Shown here: piece after piece, positions 23,001 through 36,217 of the stretch
Numbering within the stretch: position 1 is the stretch's first letter
How the letters are laid out: each line of letters begins with the position of its first letter
Assembly: GCA_964019425.1 (NCBI GenBank)
Contig: OZ025783.1
Span: 1,550,001 to 1,614,000, forward strand
Direction of reading: 5' to 3'
DNA: 64,000 bases
DNA from: Flectonema sp. DT1601
Lineage: Eukaryota
Notes under the pieces: model-generated
Database searches by the model: none
What the model saw: only the letters and a program-made list of their open reading frames with translations
What the model was told of the DNA's origin: nothing
Made by a program: the position numbers and the translations under genes

Positions 23001-26000
23001 ATTGAATCATGCGGAGGAAGCGCTTCTGCTGGTGCTGGTGTTGTTGTCACTAAAAGACCGGGAACATTCGGAACGTTAACACTCACCTGTACCGCGAATA
23101 GAGCATGCAGAAGGATGACAGCTAGTTGCCCCGAAAAACCAGGTACTTGTAACGTCCAATGCAGTGAGCAGCAGTCATGCTCAGCAATGACGTTGAATGG
23201 AGCCACAGATGGAGGGGCGTTGACGCAGTTGTGCACAGGAGAGAATAGCTGTGAAGTAATGACTAGTGAGTGTCCAGTTGATGACACATGCGTTATCACT
23301 TGCTCCAACACTAGATCTTGTTTCCCTGGTACGTCGTTCACTTGTCCAAGAAATTATGATTGTCCGATTGAATGCTCAGGTATTGAATCATGCGGAGGAG
23401 GCGCTTCTGCTGGTGCTGGTGTTGTTGTCACTAAAAGACCGGGAACATTCGGAACGTTAACACTCAACTGTACCGCGAATAGAGCATGCAGAAGGATGAC
23501 AGCTAGTTGCCCCGAAAAACCAGGTACTTGTAACGTCCAATGCAGTGAGCAGCAGTCATGCTCAGCAATGACGTTGAATGGAGCCACAGATGGAGGGGCG
23601 TTGACGCAGTTGTGCACAGGAGAGAATAGCTGTGAAGTAATGACTAGTGAGTGTCCAGTTGATGACACATGCGTTATCACTTGCTCCAACACTAGATCTT
23701 GTTTCCCTGGTACGTCGTTCACTTGTCCAAGAAATTATGATTGTCCGATTGAATGCTCAGGTATTGAATCATGCGGAGGAAGCGCTTCTGCTGGTGCTGG
23801 TGTTGTTGTCACTAAAAGACCGGGAACATTCGGAACGTTAACACTCACCTGTACCGCGAATAAAGCATGCAGAAGGATGACAGCGACTTGCCCCGAAAAA
23901 CCAGGTACTTGTAACGTCCAATGCAGCGAGCAGCAGTCATGCTCAGCAATGACGTTGAATGGAGCCACAGATGGAGGGGCGTTGACGCAGTTGTGCACAG
24001 GAGAGAATAGCTGTGAAGTAATGACTAGTGAGTGTCCAGTTGATGACACATGCGTTATCACTTGCTCCAACACTAGATCTTGTTTCCCTGGTACGTCGTT
24101 CACTTGTCCAAGAAATTATGATTGTCCGATTGAATGCTCAGGTATTGAATCATGCGGAGGAAGCGCTTCTGCTGGTGCTGGTGTTGTTGTCACTAAAAGA
24201 CCGGGAACATTCGGAACGTTAACACTCACCTGTACCGCGAATAGAGCATGCAGAAGGATGACAGCTAGTTGCCCCGAAAAACCAGGTACTTGTAACGTCC
24301 AATGCAGTGAGCAGCAGTCATGCTCAGCAATGACGTTGAATGGAGCCACAGATGGAGGGGCGTTGACGCAGTTGTGCACAGGAGAGAATAGCTGTGAAGT
24401 AATGACTAGTGAGTGTCCAGTTGATGACGCATGTGATATCACTTGTAGTGGTGCTAGATCTTGTACTCCAGATGCAAGGTTCACTTGTCCAACAACCGGA
24501 GATTGTAATATTTTATGTACAGGTGTTGAATCTTGTGGCTCTGAGACCGCAGGTATTACTACTATCTTAAATCGGGCGGGAGCTACTGGAACGTTAACAC
24601 TTGCCTGTAATGGTCAAGACTCGTGCAGAAGGATGACAGCGGATTGCCCAGGAACGTGTGACTTAAGTTGCATCGGCATCACAGCCTGTACATCAATGAA
24701 TGCGAGAAGGGGGTCGGACGAAGGCCCAATGAATATGAATTGCGACGGAGTCCAAAGCTGTACCGCGGCTATTATACAGTGCCCTACTACATTCCCATGT
24801 AATGTTACTTGTACGGGTGATCGTTCATGTTTCGGTACTGCTGTCAACTGTCCAGCCTCTGCTGATTGTTCATTTTCCTGCGCTGGTACTACGGCCTGCA
24901 GTGGAAGCGGTGCTCCCACTAACATTAGAACAACTGGGGCAGCAACAGGTTCGGTCTTTGTTAATTGTAATGGAGATAGGGTATGTAGAGGTATTCAGGT
25001 TAGTTGTCCAGAAAAACCTGGAGAATGCCACGTTACTTGTGAAGATAGTCAATCTTGTTCAGGCCTCAGTGTGAACCCAGCTACTGATGGAGGTCCACTA
25101 ACGATGAAATGCATGGGCCAAACAAGTTGCGGTGGAGGAGGAAATATTGGCTGCCCCTCAGCAGCGATCTGTGATATTAGCTGTTCGAATTCTTTAGCTT
25201 GCTACAACACAGACATCACCTGTCCTGTTTCTGCAACATGCTCAGTAAGATGTGAAGCACTCAATGCTTGTGGTGCTAGTAGTGGAACTCCGAGCAGAAT
25301 TATTCAGCCAGCTTCTGGAACTGGAACACTAGATCTGGATTGTACTGAATCATTGTCTTGTCAGAGAATGTCTGTACAATGTCCTCGGGCACCAGGTCAG
25401 TGTAATATTGATTGTAGTGGTCCTAGTTCTTGTTTAGCTTTCGGGGTTATTTCTAATAGTGGAGGTCCATTGACTTTGGAATGTTCTAATATCGCATCAT
25501 GTTCGAGTGGTACTGTTACATGTCCGGAAGTATCAACATGTGTAATAAACTGTGACACTACTGATTCTTGTTCTAATATGAATCAAGCACAAACTGGCTC
25601 TCCTACTGGTCAATTAACTGTTGGTTGCGGTGCTGCTTCTTCATGTTCATCAATACGATTGGCATGTGCGGGAATAGCAGCATGCAATGTTGACTGTAGT
25701 ACTGCATCATCATGTGCATCAATTACGGTTAATTCACCTTCAAATGGAGGACCGTTTACCTTAGGCTGTGGTGAATCCAGCTGTTCATCTGGTACTATAG
25801 TGTGCCCTGGTTCTTCGAATTGTGCTATTACGTGCTCAGGTAATAATGCCTGTTTCCCTGCAGATATTACTTGTCCCGCGACTGGTGACTGTTCTATTAT
25901 GTGCAGTACGAGTTCATCATGTGGAGGTAGTACTGTTGGTACCATTGTCAGAACAACAGGAGTAGCTACGGGATCGGTCTCAGTAGGCTGCACAGCCGCA

Positions 26001-29000
26001 GATTCATGTACTAATATTGACGTTACTTGTCCAGAGACCCCAGGAGTGTGTGATATTGATTGTCTTCTTGATGACTCTTGTACAAGTATAACAGTTCAAG
26101 CAGCATCGACGAATGGAGGACCGCTGGTTTTAGAATGTGCTGGAGATTCGAGTTGCTCAGGAGGTACTTTAGAGTGTCCCACAGCAGCTAGTTGTGGAAT
26201 TACTTGCTCTGGTGCAAGCTCTTGTTTTCCAACCACAATCACTTGCCCTGACACCGCAATCTGCACGGTATTGTGTACCGGTAGTGCATCATGTGGTGGT
26301 CCAACTAGTGGTCCAACTACTCTTTCCCATCACAATACGGGAGGTCCTGGGGGTTCTGTTGTTTTAGTATGTAGTGAAAGTAATTCTTGTGAAAGGATAC
26401 AACATGACTTCGAAGGAATTGAAGATGTATCAGTCTCTTGTACTGCAACTGATGCGTGCAATTCTGCAGTTTTTGATTGTGACCAAGTTTCGAGGTCCTG
26501 CAGTGTAAAATGTCACTACCCAGGAACCTGTGTGAATGCTGATGTAAGATGTCCTGCAGTAGCGCCCTCATTGTATTGTGAATTATCATGTCAAGGATTA
26601 GCAGCTTGTGATCCTATTACTGTGTCTGGTACTGTTATCCCTCTCTGGTGTAGTACAAGTGATGCGTGTAGTATGGACATAATAGATAATAGAAATCCGA
26701 TCATCCCTCTGACACTCGTACCAACTATGGCTCCACCTACAGCTATTCCTACAAATGCTCCTCCGACAAGGTCGCCATCGGACATGCTTCCGGTAGTTAC
26801 ATTTGAGCCAGTTCCTGCAGTGCCAGTTCCGTCAACGTATCCTTCAGGTAAGTTAACATTAATTAATAGTCGCTCTTCTACACAGTTTGATGCTCTTCAT
26901 ACAGCTGATCTGGTTGTCGACGGTGATCACAATTCTTTTCTGGAAACGTCAATTGAGCGTTTTCCTTACTGGGAGGCAGAATTCGCTGATGGAGAAGTAA
27001 GAATTAATTCTATAACTATCTATAACTCACCGGGACAGACTCACTATTTGAGAGATTTTTATATAATCGCATCCAAGGTACCATTTCCTACAAACGGAAT
27101 TCACCCAGTAAACGATGCATCAACTATGTTTACAAGGGTAACTAACACTGCAGGTTATGGTGACGTTCACTTAGAACTATCTGGGTTTTCTGCGAGATAC
27201 ATCAGAATTCAACTCGTATCTGACATTGTAATAATGAGATTAGCAGAGGTTTACGTTACAGGCTTTGCTGAGCCTTCCGTGTTTATTGAGAATACAGAGA
27301 CGTCATATTCACAATTAAATGGTGAATTAATATCACTTCGAAATGGAGGGTTTGCATCTGTTTGGCAAAGTGATAGACAAGACGGTTCAGGTTATGGAGT
27401 CTACTTACAAATCCATGATGGCTCAGGTGGGAAAATTGGATCAGAAACTCACGTGGTACAAAATTTAGGTTCTCAGGAAAATCCATCTGGCGCTTCCCAG
27501 ACGACGGGAATTATAATCGCTTTTGAACAATACAGCGGATTATCAAGAGAGGTTTGCTTTCGTCAATTTTCAACTTCTATGACTGTGTGCCCGTCAACAA
27601 CTCTATTGTTAGCAGGTGAGAAGAGCGCACCTAAAATAGCTGTACTAAACGACGATAGTTTTATTATGATTTGGGTGGAAAGTGAAATCTCTCTAAAAGC
27701 TGAGCGTTACGACAGCAGCGGGACTTCGATGGGGATTGTGGCAACTATTACTAACAGTGGTAGACCTGTATCTCATCCAGGAATTATCTATGAATTAAGT
27801 GGTGAGTTTGTTATTTGTTATCACGCTTACTATGGCGGTGCTGATAGATACGATATTGTTGTACAACACTTTTCAATGACTCTCCAGCCTGGTATAGAAT
27901 TTAAGGCAAACACGGTAACTGCTCACCACCAGAAGTATCCTGCCATTGTAGCTCGCAAGACAGCTCCTAATTATGGATATACTCTGACATGGTCAAGTGT
28001 TGGACAAGATGGTAGTGCTTATGGTGTCATAGCAAAGACTTTTACTTCTGCTGGTGTTGTTGTTGGTTCTGAAAGTCAGTTAAACACGATCACAGCTGGA
28101 AATCAACGCCGATCGGCCTTAGCCGTCACTGGTAACGATGAGGTAGCAGTAGTTTGGGAATCTCAAAGTGGTGGTCAATTATATGATATCATGATGTGTA
28201 CACTTGACTCCTTATCATCATGTACCTCAACTCCAACTGTCGTGAATACCTTTACATCATTTAGTCAGTTCCATCCTAAGATAGCGTCATTACAAGGTTT
28301 TGGATACGTAACATCCTGGGTTAGTGATAAACAAGATGGTCATCATTTAGGTATTTACAGCAGGTTGTTCTTTGCTAGTCCAGCTGACCCAGAGAGGCTC
28401 ACTACTGCTGCCGGTGTTTCTAGTCCTAGGGTTATTAGAATATTGGGAGGACCAGATGGAATATTTTACATATCGTGTTATTACTCTCCAACTGCTGTTT
28501 GCTGCCAGAAATTTAATGAGTTTCTAGTGACAGTGTCTTCAGAAGTGTGTCCACTTTCTATTTCTGGTGTTACTTCTTTATCATTGGTATCGACATCATC
28601 ACTTGGAGGTAATGGATTCTTTACCATCTGTTATACTACTTTAGTAATAACAGATTTACAAGTAACTTGTCAAGAGTACCAAGCTGATTTAGCAGTAGTT
28701 GCCGGAGCAGCAGATAGTATTGTTTGCCTTGACACTGCCACCGTCGACTCGAATATGTTTGTAATTGGTCATCCAAGCAACGGAAATCAAGCCTTTTGCT
28801 CAAGGTCGGGAAATGCTGGTAATGTACAAGTGAGTACAGGGGCAACATTGCATGACTTCCCAATTCTTGAAAACGTTGACTGTGCGTTAATCAACAATGA
28901 TTTCATCTGCTTCTGTGACTCCTCTGATATGTCGACGTCTACGATTAGGGTTGTTTTCCTTGACGCTACAGGTCTTACAAGTTCTAGTCTAGTTTATCCA

Positions 29001-30540
29001 ATCACTGCTACTAACCAGTTACCTCGCAGTAATCCTAAGGTGGTAATGTTTTCTGCAACCAGTGGTATCATTTATTACACTTATAAGAGAACTGCACACT
29101 ATCGACAATTCGCGGTCTCAGGTTTTACTGTTTCTCTTGTCGGACAAGAGGAGAGCGTAACATACAGAGATTCAGTGTATGTTGGTGATACCGTAGATCC
29201 ATTCTTGAGTTATTCATTATTACCTATTACTGAAGAAACTAACAGCTACTATCTGGCACTTCGAGAGTCGCAGTACTCTGGTGTAAAAGTTGGGAAGTAT
29301 GTTGTTGGGAATTCCAAGCATATCGGAAAACTATCGCTGGTGGGTACTTCGGAAATATCAGTTAGCGACTCAGGAGTAGTCGACTTGGTCCCATATTTAC
29401 AAACTGGTTTCGCAGTTATTTTCAACGATGAAGGGCGTCCTGAAGCCGGGTTAGATGTCAGTTCTGTACCTGTTTACAATGCTGCTCTTAGTGGGGGTTC
29501 GAGTCAACAGTCTGCTGTATTCTCTTCGGGAGGTGTTAACCGAGTTCAACCTGCTGATCAAATCACGGGAAACACTCACGGATTTGCATTGAGATTTACT
29601 TGTCCTGCAGCTGTTACAGTTGCCTTCGTAGCTGAATACCTTGTTACTGATGGGAACGGTGATTCAATGTTCGTTGCTGTTGACGACATCCCTTCAAATG
29701 TTCCAGGAACCAGATCGTTATTAACCATGGGTGGTGGTCGTATGTTATAGTTGTTGTTTTTTTTCCTTTTTTTTTTTTTTTTTTAACCGCTAAAACAACA
29801 TTATAAATATATCAAAAACAGGTCACGATTGGTTTTCTGACGTCGCATACGCTGTCTCTATAGCTGTTACGAGTGGTGCACACGTTGTTTACTTTCAGGA
29901 GCGAGAACTTGGATCTGCAACCAGATCTGTTCAGATAAACCAGGGATGTACATTTACTGCTACTGGAACTGATACCGTTACACTAGATCAGGCAGATGCG
30001 GTATTTGAACCCATGAGACTTAGACATTTTATCCAATTCCCAGGGAGTGAGATTACTCCTCCTTGTGTTTCCAGCTGTGGAGATGGTGCGGTGGTCACCA
30101 TCAGCTGTACTGGTTCAACATCTGTACGTTTTAAACTGAATGCTAGGGCTTCAGTTGCAAATACAATTTTTATTGATGTGTCATCAGGTGCCGCACCGGT
30201 TATTGATAATACGGTTTATTGGGATTTAGGGAATCGTGATAACTGGGGACTTTCTGATATAAGTCAGTCATTTGACATTCCAATGGCAGGAAATTTTAAT
30301 ATTTACCTGAGGAGTAGATCTCCCGGTCTTCGATTTGATGAAATTCACATGTTTCAATCGTCTCCTTCTGTATGCTCTTGGACGACAACGACAACGCCTG
30401 GACCTATTGATTTTCCTCTTTTAACCGGCTCTCCGATAGCACCACTAACTGCTATGCCAGGTGGAGCTGATTTCACGCGTTTTTCAACATCTTCACTTTA
30501 TATTCAAAAGTTTTATATCGACCCTTCAGATAAATTATAG
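20097..30540 (+). CDS. Giant (~3450 aa) secreted Cys-rich repeat protein with Pro/Thr linker, F5/8C (discoidin/F-lectin)-like domain and QDGSGYGV-type repeats (exons 20097-29739, 29822-30540)
   Basis: Signal peptide; ~2200 aa of periodic Cys; VDGD...YWEAEF...ARYIRIQL...LAEVYV. Intron gtatgt 29740 to aaaacag 29821 joins in frame to the 30013 ORF. Confidence 0.85.
21890..24430 (+). repeat. 381-bp (127-aa) near-identical coding tandem repeat, ~6.7 copies
   Basis: Shadow ORFs recur at 22123, 22504, 22885, 23266, 23647 and 24028 (period 381); copies differ at only a few sites. Confidence 0.97.
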
Positions 30541-31572
30541 CTGTGGTTGGTTTAATATAGTGAAATAAATCAGTCAGTTCATCTAACTTCCAACATCTAA
30601 ACAAAATGGAAGGCAATATAATTGGCCTGATCGATCTGTTCACTATTCCGTTACTCAGTTTTGCCCTTGCTCTCTTTTTCTTTTCTCTAATTGCCTTGCT
30701 GCGAAAAACTAAACCAAAAACAACTTCTTTTTAGGTTGAATCAAATCTCCTTTTTTTGTGTTGTTGTTCCTGAGGGCTTTTTCTGATTTCTGATTAGCAG
30801 GCTTATGATTTATGATTTTTTTTTTTTTTTTTTTTTTTTTGTTCCGTATTTTTCTCCTTCCTCCGCATTGGTAAATAATCTACTCTGTGATAACAGTTTG
30901 TACTTTTTTATGTACTGAGATATTTTCCGTTGTCGAAGAGTTTTCTTTTTCCTTTTTGATATCACTTTTATGCTGACAACAGAATAACAACAAATTGTTT
31001 CTTTCTCTTGAGCGTCAAGTGGTATCAGTTTTTCCTCTCACAGCAATCAATACTACTTTTGTTGGTGCAATCGGTTTGTAATTAATAATAGTAGTAGCCG
31101 AGCGACAAAACGATCCTAGCTTTTTCTGCAGGTTTTTTTTTTTGCTTTTTATTTACAATTTATTGTTCACTCAATATTTAAACATTTTTTTATATTTTTT
31201 TATTTATTGCAATTTTTTTTTTTTTTTTTTATGTTCGAAAAATCGGCTTCGTTTCAGCTCACCTTCCTTGAAATTTAAAAAAGAATTTCAAAATTTCTTG
31301 ATAGAATTCGTTCTGATCAAAAAAATCAAACGGAGCCGCATTTTAGAGATAGAGAGTATTTTATATTACTGCAAGGCATGCTTCTCTTTTTTTTTTTGTA
31401 CCGACGTAGTCGGAGAAGAAACTATTCAGATTGAAAACCGATATTTCTTATGGTCATGATTTATTTTCCCGTGCGACATGATTTTGTCTGCGTTCAACGA
31501 AATATAAGGTTAATCTGAATGGTTTTTTTTTTTTTTTGCCTACACACCTCGTAGCTCTAGGGAGTTAACCCG

Positions 31573-31791
31573 ATGCTCTTTAGTTTGCTGTATCAGCGAT
31601 GGACAGTATGCAATGTATTGGACTTCCTTATCTATCAATCTATCAAAAGCAAATATATGCTAGCCCGTCCTGACGAGCTCCGATGGACATTAAGAAATCA
31701 GTTCTTTTGAAATAGACCAATTGATGGATCCGATTTATTAGAACTTACTGATGAAGGCCTAAGAGGGATAAGTAGTATAAGATTACTCTGA
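31573..31791 (+). pseudogene. SAM-domain gene remnant with in-frame TGA
   Basis: Manual translation MLFSLLYQRWTVCNVLDFL...RNQFF*NRPIDGSDLLELTDEGLRGI. WT...V.DFL and IDG..LL.LT.E.L are SAM hallmarks; TGA at 31708-31710. Confidence 0.6.
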
Positions 31792-32339
31792 AACTACGTG
31801 TTCCGCAAGTGTATTATGGAACAACAGAACAAATGTGTTTTTATAAATTTTTTATAAAAAAAATTTTTTTTGTTACTTTTTTTTTTTTTTTTTTCCTTCT
31901 CGTATGTAACCAAATGGCGCTGTTTCTCCCATTTGGTTGAATACTTGCGTGCGTTTAGCATCGTCTTTTACATCAACAATAATAAGAAAGGTTGAGTTAT
32001 ATTTCTGTACCTTTTGTAATTATTTGCGATCTATTTTTTTTTTTTTTTTTTTGTTATTTTTTGTTGTTACAGTTACTGTTCTTCTTATTCGTCATTCCTG
32101 TGTGTACTATTTTTGTCCGTTTTTTATAATTCCTCACTGCATCAAGGCAGATGGTGATAAAGACAAAACGAGGGAGAAGATACACCATCTTACGTAAACA
32201 AATCAAAAAAAAAAAACGCAAAAAAAAAAATGTTTTTTCCAATGCAAATCAGATTTTGATCTCTTATAAAAAATACTATGTAATCTAAAAATTTTTCTCA
32301 GCATAAAAACTACTGGAAGAATAAAAGAAAAAAAAAAAA

Positions 32340-33230
32340 ATGTCGAGTGTCCACAGCGATGATGCATCTTCAATGGAAGACCTAGATATGTTCATTGATG
32401 ACGTCCTGTCTGGAAAGGTAGACTACGAGCAAGAAGTACGTGAACAAGAACTGCGAAGGATTGATGAAGTAAAAAGAGCATTCATAGAATCTAGAGTGGA
32501 TAGGATAAAACCAACTATTCCATCGTCTGGCTCCTCTGAAGAGTCAGAGGAAGAGGAGGAAGAAGTACGAACAAAACCAAAACAAAAAAAGCAAGCTCGC
32601 AACACCAGAGGAGAAGACTGGGCTTCAGAACAAAGTATTAAAATATTCATCCAATTTGAAAGTGACGAGTCCCTAACAACATTCTTTTTGACAGAGGGTA
32701 CGAAATATAACCAATTTAGAAAATTAGTGGAAAGACAGTTTGGAAAGTTATTTGCAACTTGTTTCAGACATCCGGGTTTTGGACAGAATGTTGAAATTGA
32801 CGACGACGAAACATTTGAAATGTTTCTTCAAAGACCTTCAGGAGATAAATTAGTTCTAATTGCCTTATTTAATGAGCCTCCACCTCTACATTATAATCTT
32901 CCTTTATGGACTGCTCATGAGTGTCATGCTGCGTATGCTACTAAGTCGAGACCTCTTCCTCCAGTCGATACGATTGCTGCGCCACATACATTGCGTGCTC
33001 CAGCAATCTTTGAAGATTTAAAAAACACTGGAATTCAAATGGTACGATCTGATTCTCCTGCACATTCACCTCAGTGTTGTATACGTTCTCCATCGACATC
33101 ACCTTCACTATCTCATAGAGATGTCCTCTCACCAGTACCAGAGGATGATACCGAGGACTCAATTCCTAATATTGATGAGCTTAACACTCAAAGGGTATCT
33201 CCATTTCCTGGTAGAAGAGTTAGGCTGTAG
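32340..33230 (+). CDS. Hypothetical protein with PB1-like domain
   Basis: IKIFIQFESDESLTTF...YNQFRKLVERQFG...VEIDDDETFEMFL resembles PB1 (conserved Lys plus acidic cluster), flanked by low-complexity sequence. Confidence 0.6.
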   Translation: MSSVHSDDASSMEDLDMFIDDVLSGKVDYEQEVREQELRRIDEVKRAFIESRVDRIKPTIPSSGSSEESEEEEEEVRTKPKQKKQARNTRGEDWASEQSIKIFIQFESDESLTTFFLTEGTKYNQFRKLVERQFGKLFATCFRHPGFGQNVEIDDDETFEMFLQRPSGDKLVLIALFNEPPPLHYNLPLWTAHECHAAYATKSRPLPPVDTIAAPHTLRAPAIFEDLKNTGIQMVRSDSPAHSPQCCIRSPSTSPSLSHRDVLSPVPEDDTEDSIPNIDELNTQRVSPFPGRRVRL

Positions 33231-35416
33231 GTCCTGATTTCACGACGTACATTCCTCTCTCTTGTTCCCACACGTATTCAGCTATATTCTGTCGTGCTTT
33301 TCTCAGTTTAACCTTATTACTTAATTTCTTTTTTCTTTTTTTTGAGTAATTATAAAGTTTATTACTGTTTCTACATTGTCAAAATATCACTTCCCTGGTA
33401 CCCACAGTATTCAGTAGTGCGTGTGTGAAAAAGAAATTTGAGCTCTTTGTGAAGTTAAGTCGCAGCCATTGTGCTGCGACAACTTTTATGCAATGAGTTG
33501 GTGTAGTATTCATAGAGGATGTTCTTTACTGGTTTCTTCCTAAACGATTCTTTAAAGGAAAGAAATCGTACGGCCTGTCATAGTCAGTCAAAGTGATGTT
33601 CTAAATTTGTACATATCTCGTACTTGTGAGCCCTCAACTATTTTTTTCTTCTTTTTTTTTTTTTCTTCTTTCTTCTTGTCATAAAAATGTTTATAAAAAA
33701 AAACAGTAATTAGTCATGTGACTTAGATGTATAAAAAATATGTGGATTTCCTTTTTTTTTTTTTTTTTTTCCCTCTCTTTCGTGATCATCATTTTTCTTA
33801 AAATGGTAATCAGAATCGAAATTGAATATTATTGAGGGAGGAATATTTTTTATTTTCTTTTTTTCATGTTCCTGTTGATGTCTGTGAGAGTCTCACGGTT
33901 GCTGGTAGCGATATAACTGTTACCCTGTGAGCTTTTCCTGGCTTTTGGCTTCCTAGGCTTCGTAAATAAATAAATAAATAATGTACATGTACGTAGTTCA
34001 TTCCAACTAATCATTTTTGATTTCATCAGTAGCTTCATCTATCATTTCACAGTTACCATTTCCCAGATTTTTTTTAAAACATACATTCCCTGCTGAAGCC
34101 ATAGTAATTTATTTTTAGCAAAATTTTTCTTTCTTTTTTTTTTTCCCTTGGCCTTTTAATTTATTCTGCTTGTTTTGCAGATGTTTCCTAGTAAAAAAAG
34201 GTACAAGTTTAAGCATCACGGAGGCGAGCCTTCATTCTTTCAAAAAAAGTCTATTTTTTTCCCCCTGACTGTAGTCGGTATTAGTTAGTCAGGTCAGCAA
34301 TGATTTATTGACAACTGTCAATACCTGTTGTGACCCAAAGGGTTGTTGGTGGGGGAAGTTTATTTGTTTCTCGATTCGGCATACAATAGCTATAAAAAAA
34401 AAATATAAAAAAAAAAATAGAACACGTATCTGCTGCTGCGTCACATTCGCTTTTTTCTTTCTTTTTTAATAATGTTGACAGCAAGTATCCCAAAGTAGTT
34501 CCTTGTTACTAGATGGGAGGAGACTGAATGTCTGCCCAACTGTTTCTTTATGGTTTTATTTTTTCTGTAGATCTACGCAAGCTTCTCTTTTCTTTTTGAT
34601 ATTTCGCTTTACTTTGTTCGAGCAGTGCTTTCTGCCGTCCATTTCTCCTCTTTTTTTTTTTTTTTTTTTTTTTTTCTTTTTTCCTTTCACAGAAAATCTC
34701 AGCGAAGAATACAAAAGTTTCCAAAAACTATAATTCAAAACCATACGGATACTTTGTGTTGGGTTTTTCTCTTATTTCTCTCATTTTTTTTTTTTTTTTA
34801 CGTGCGTACACTGAAAATGACCTCCCGACTCAGATCTGTATGGCCACTAGGGAGACCAACAGTACTAAAAATTAAAATAAAAAACCTGTAGTAACTTCCC
34901 AAACATTCATTCTGCTTTGTGATGAAAACGGTTTTTTCTTTAGGAATATAAAAACACCGTTGTTATTAGCATCATTGCTATTTTTTTTTTTTAATTTTTT
35001 TTTTTTTATATCCTTCGATACTTCAGTATATCACTGAACCTGATTAAACCATTGTTGCCAATTGCCCCCCAGTAGAGCAGAAGAAACCTGTTTTCCAGCC
35101 ATCCTTCTCTGTTAATACAGGTAGCTGTTGTTCGATATTTGTTCTTGAAAGGAAGAAGGGGGAGAAAAAAAAGAAAAAAAAAAAAAAAAAAAAAAATCAG
35201 AAGATTGTCTGGGGAATTATTCTTGTAGAAGAAATCGAAATAGAAAAATTCTCAGAATTCCGTCTCTTTATTTACGTTTTATTTATTTATTTTTTTTTTT
35301 TTATTGATTACAATTCGAAGAAAAAAAAAAAAAAAAAAACCACCAACAACACCACCTTCCTCTCGAATTATTTTTTACTAAAGAACTTTCGTTCTTGTTC
35401 GATGTAGGCGATTATA

Positions 35417-35463
<47 letters not shown>

Positions 35464-35671
35464 AAACATAGAAAGAAAGAAAAAAAACGAAAAAGAAATT
35501 TATATAATGTCTTTCTTGCAGATTTCGATAGCCTACTAGCAGCAGTACATGTTGTGAGATTTATATAATTATTTCTTTTTTTATTATCACAGAGTGATGA
35601 TTTCTGAAGTACACAACTGAGTTCTGCATAGATTTTAATTACTGTTATTCATAGATACCACATTCAACAAC

Positions 35672-36217
35672 ATGGCCGCCTTAGTACTCGCAAGTGCACT
35701 TGCTTTTGACTGCTGTGCCGGTTCATTCAAAGCTGAAGGACACGGTGGATGCTATCCACCTCGCAAGGTAGGAGATGCATTTGACTTCGTATTGTACAGC
35801 AGCGGTACCAACTTCTCTCAGCTCTCTGCTGACAGCAGTATTGCAATGGGTGCTGTTATGTTGAATGGAAAGGGTCACTGGGCTTGGACTAATAAAACTA
35901 ATTGTGTGAAGTTTCCAAATACACAAACTTATCCAAACTACTGTTTTGGTGAAGGATCATCATTCCCACACAGAATGGAAGATGTGATGCTTTCTACAGG
36001 ATCTCCAATGGCTAGATGGAAGCGTAATCCTGCAGGAACTCAAATTATCTACACCTCTACACCAAAGAATGGAATCTGCCATCCAATTACCGAACAAGGC
36101 TTTAAGATCCCATCAGTTGGTGGTACTGATGATGACTCAGTCGTCTACTACAACGTTCAGCAAACTACAACCTTCCCAGACAACGCTTTTGTTGTTCCAG
36201 ACTTCTGTCCTCCATAA
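35672..36217 (+). CDS. Secreted ependymin-related (EPDR)-like protein
   Basis: Signal peptide, N-terminal CC, central C.K........C, C.P, and C-terminal YYNV...P..AFVVP..C as in EPDRs. Confidence 0.55.
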   Translation: MAALVLASALAFDCCAGSFKAEGHGGCYPPRKVGDAFDFVLYSSGTNFSQLSADSSIAMGAVMLNGKGHWAWTNKTNCVKFPNTQTYPNYCFGEGSSFPHRMEDVMLSTGSPMARWKRNPAGTQIIYTSTPKNGICHPITEQGFKIPSVGGTDDDSVVYYNVQQTTTFPDNAFVVPDFCPP

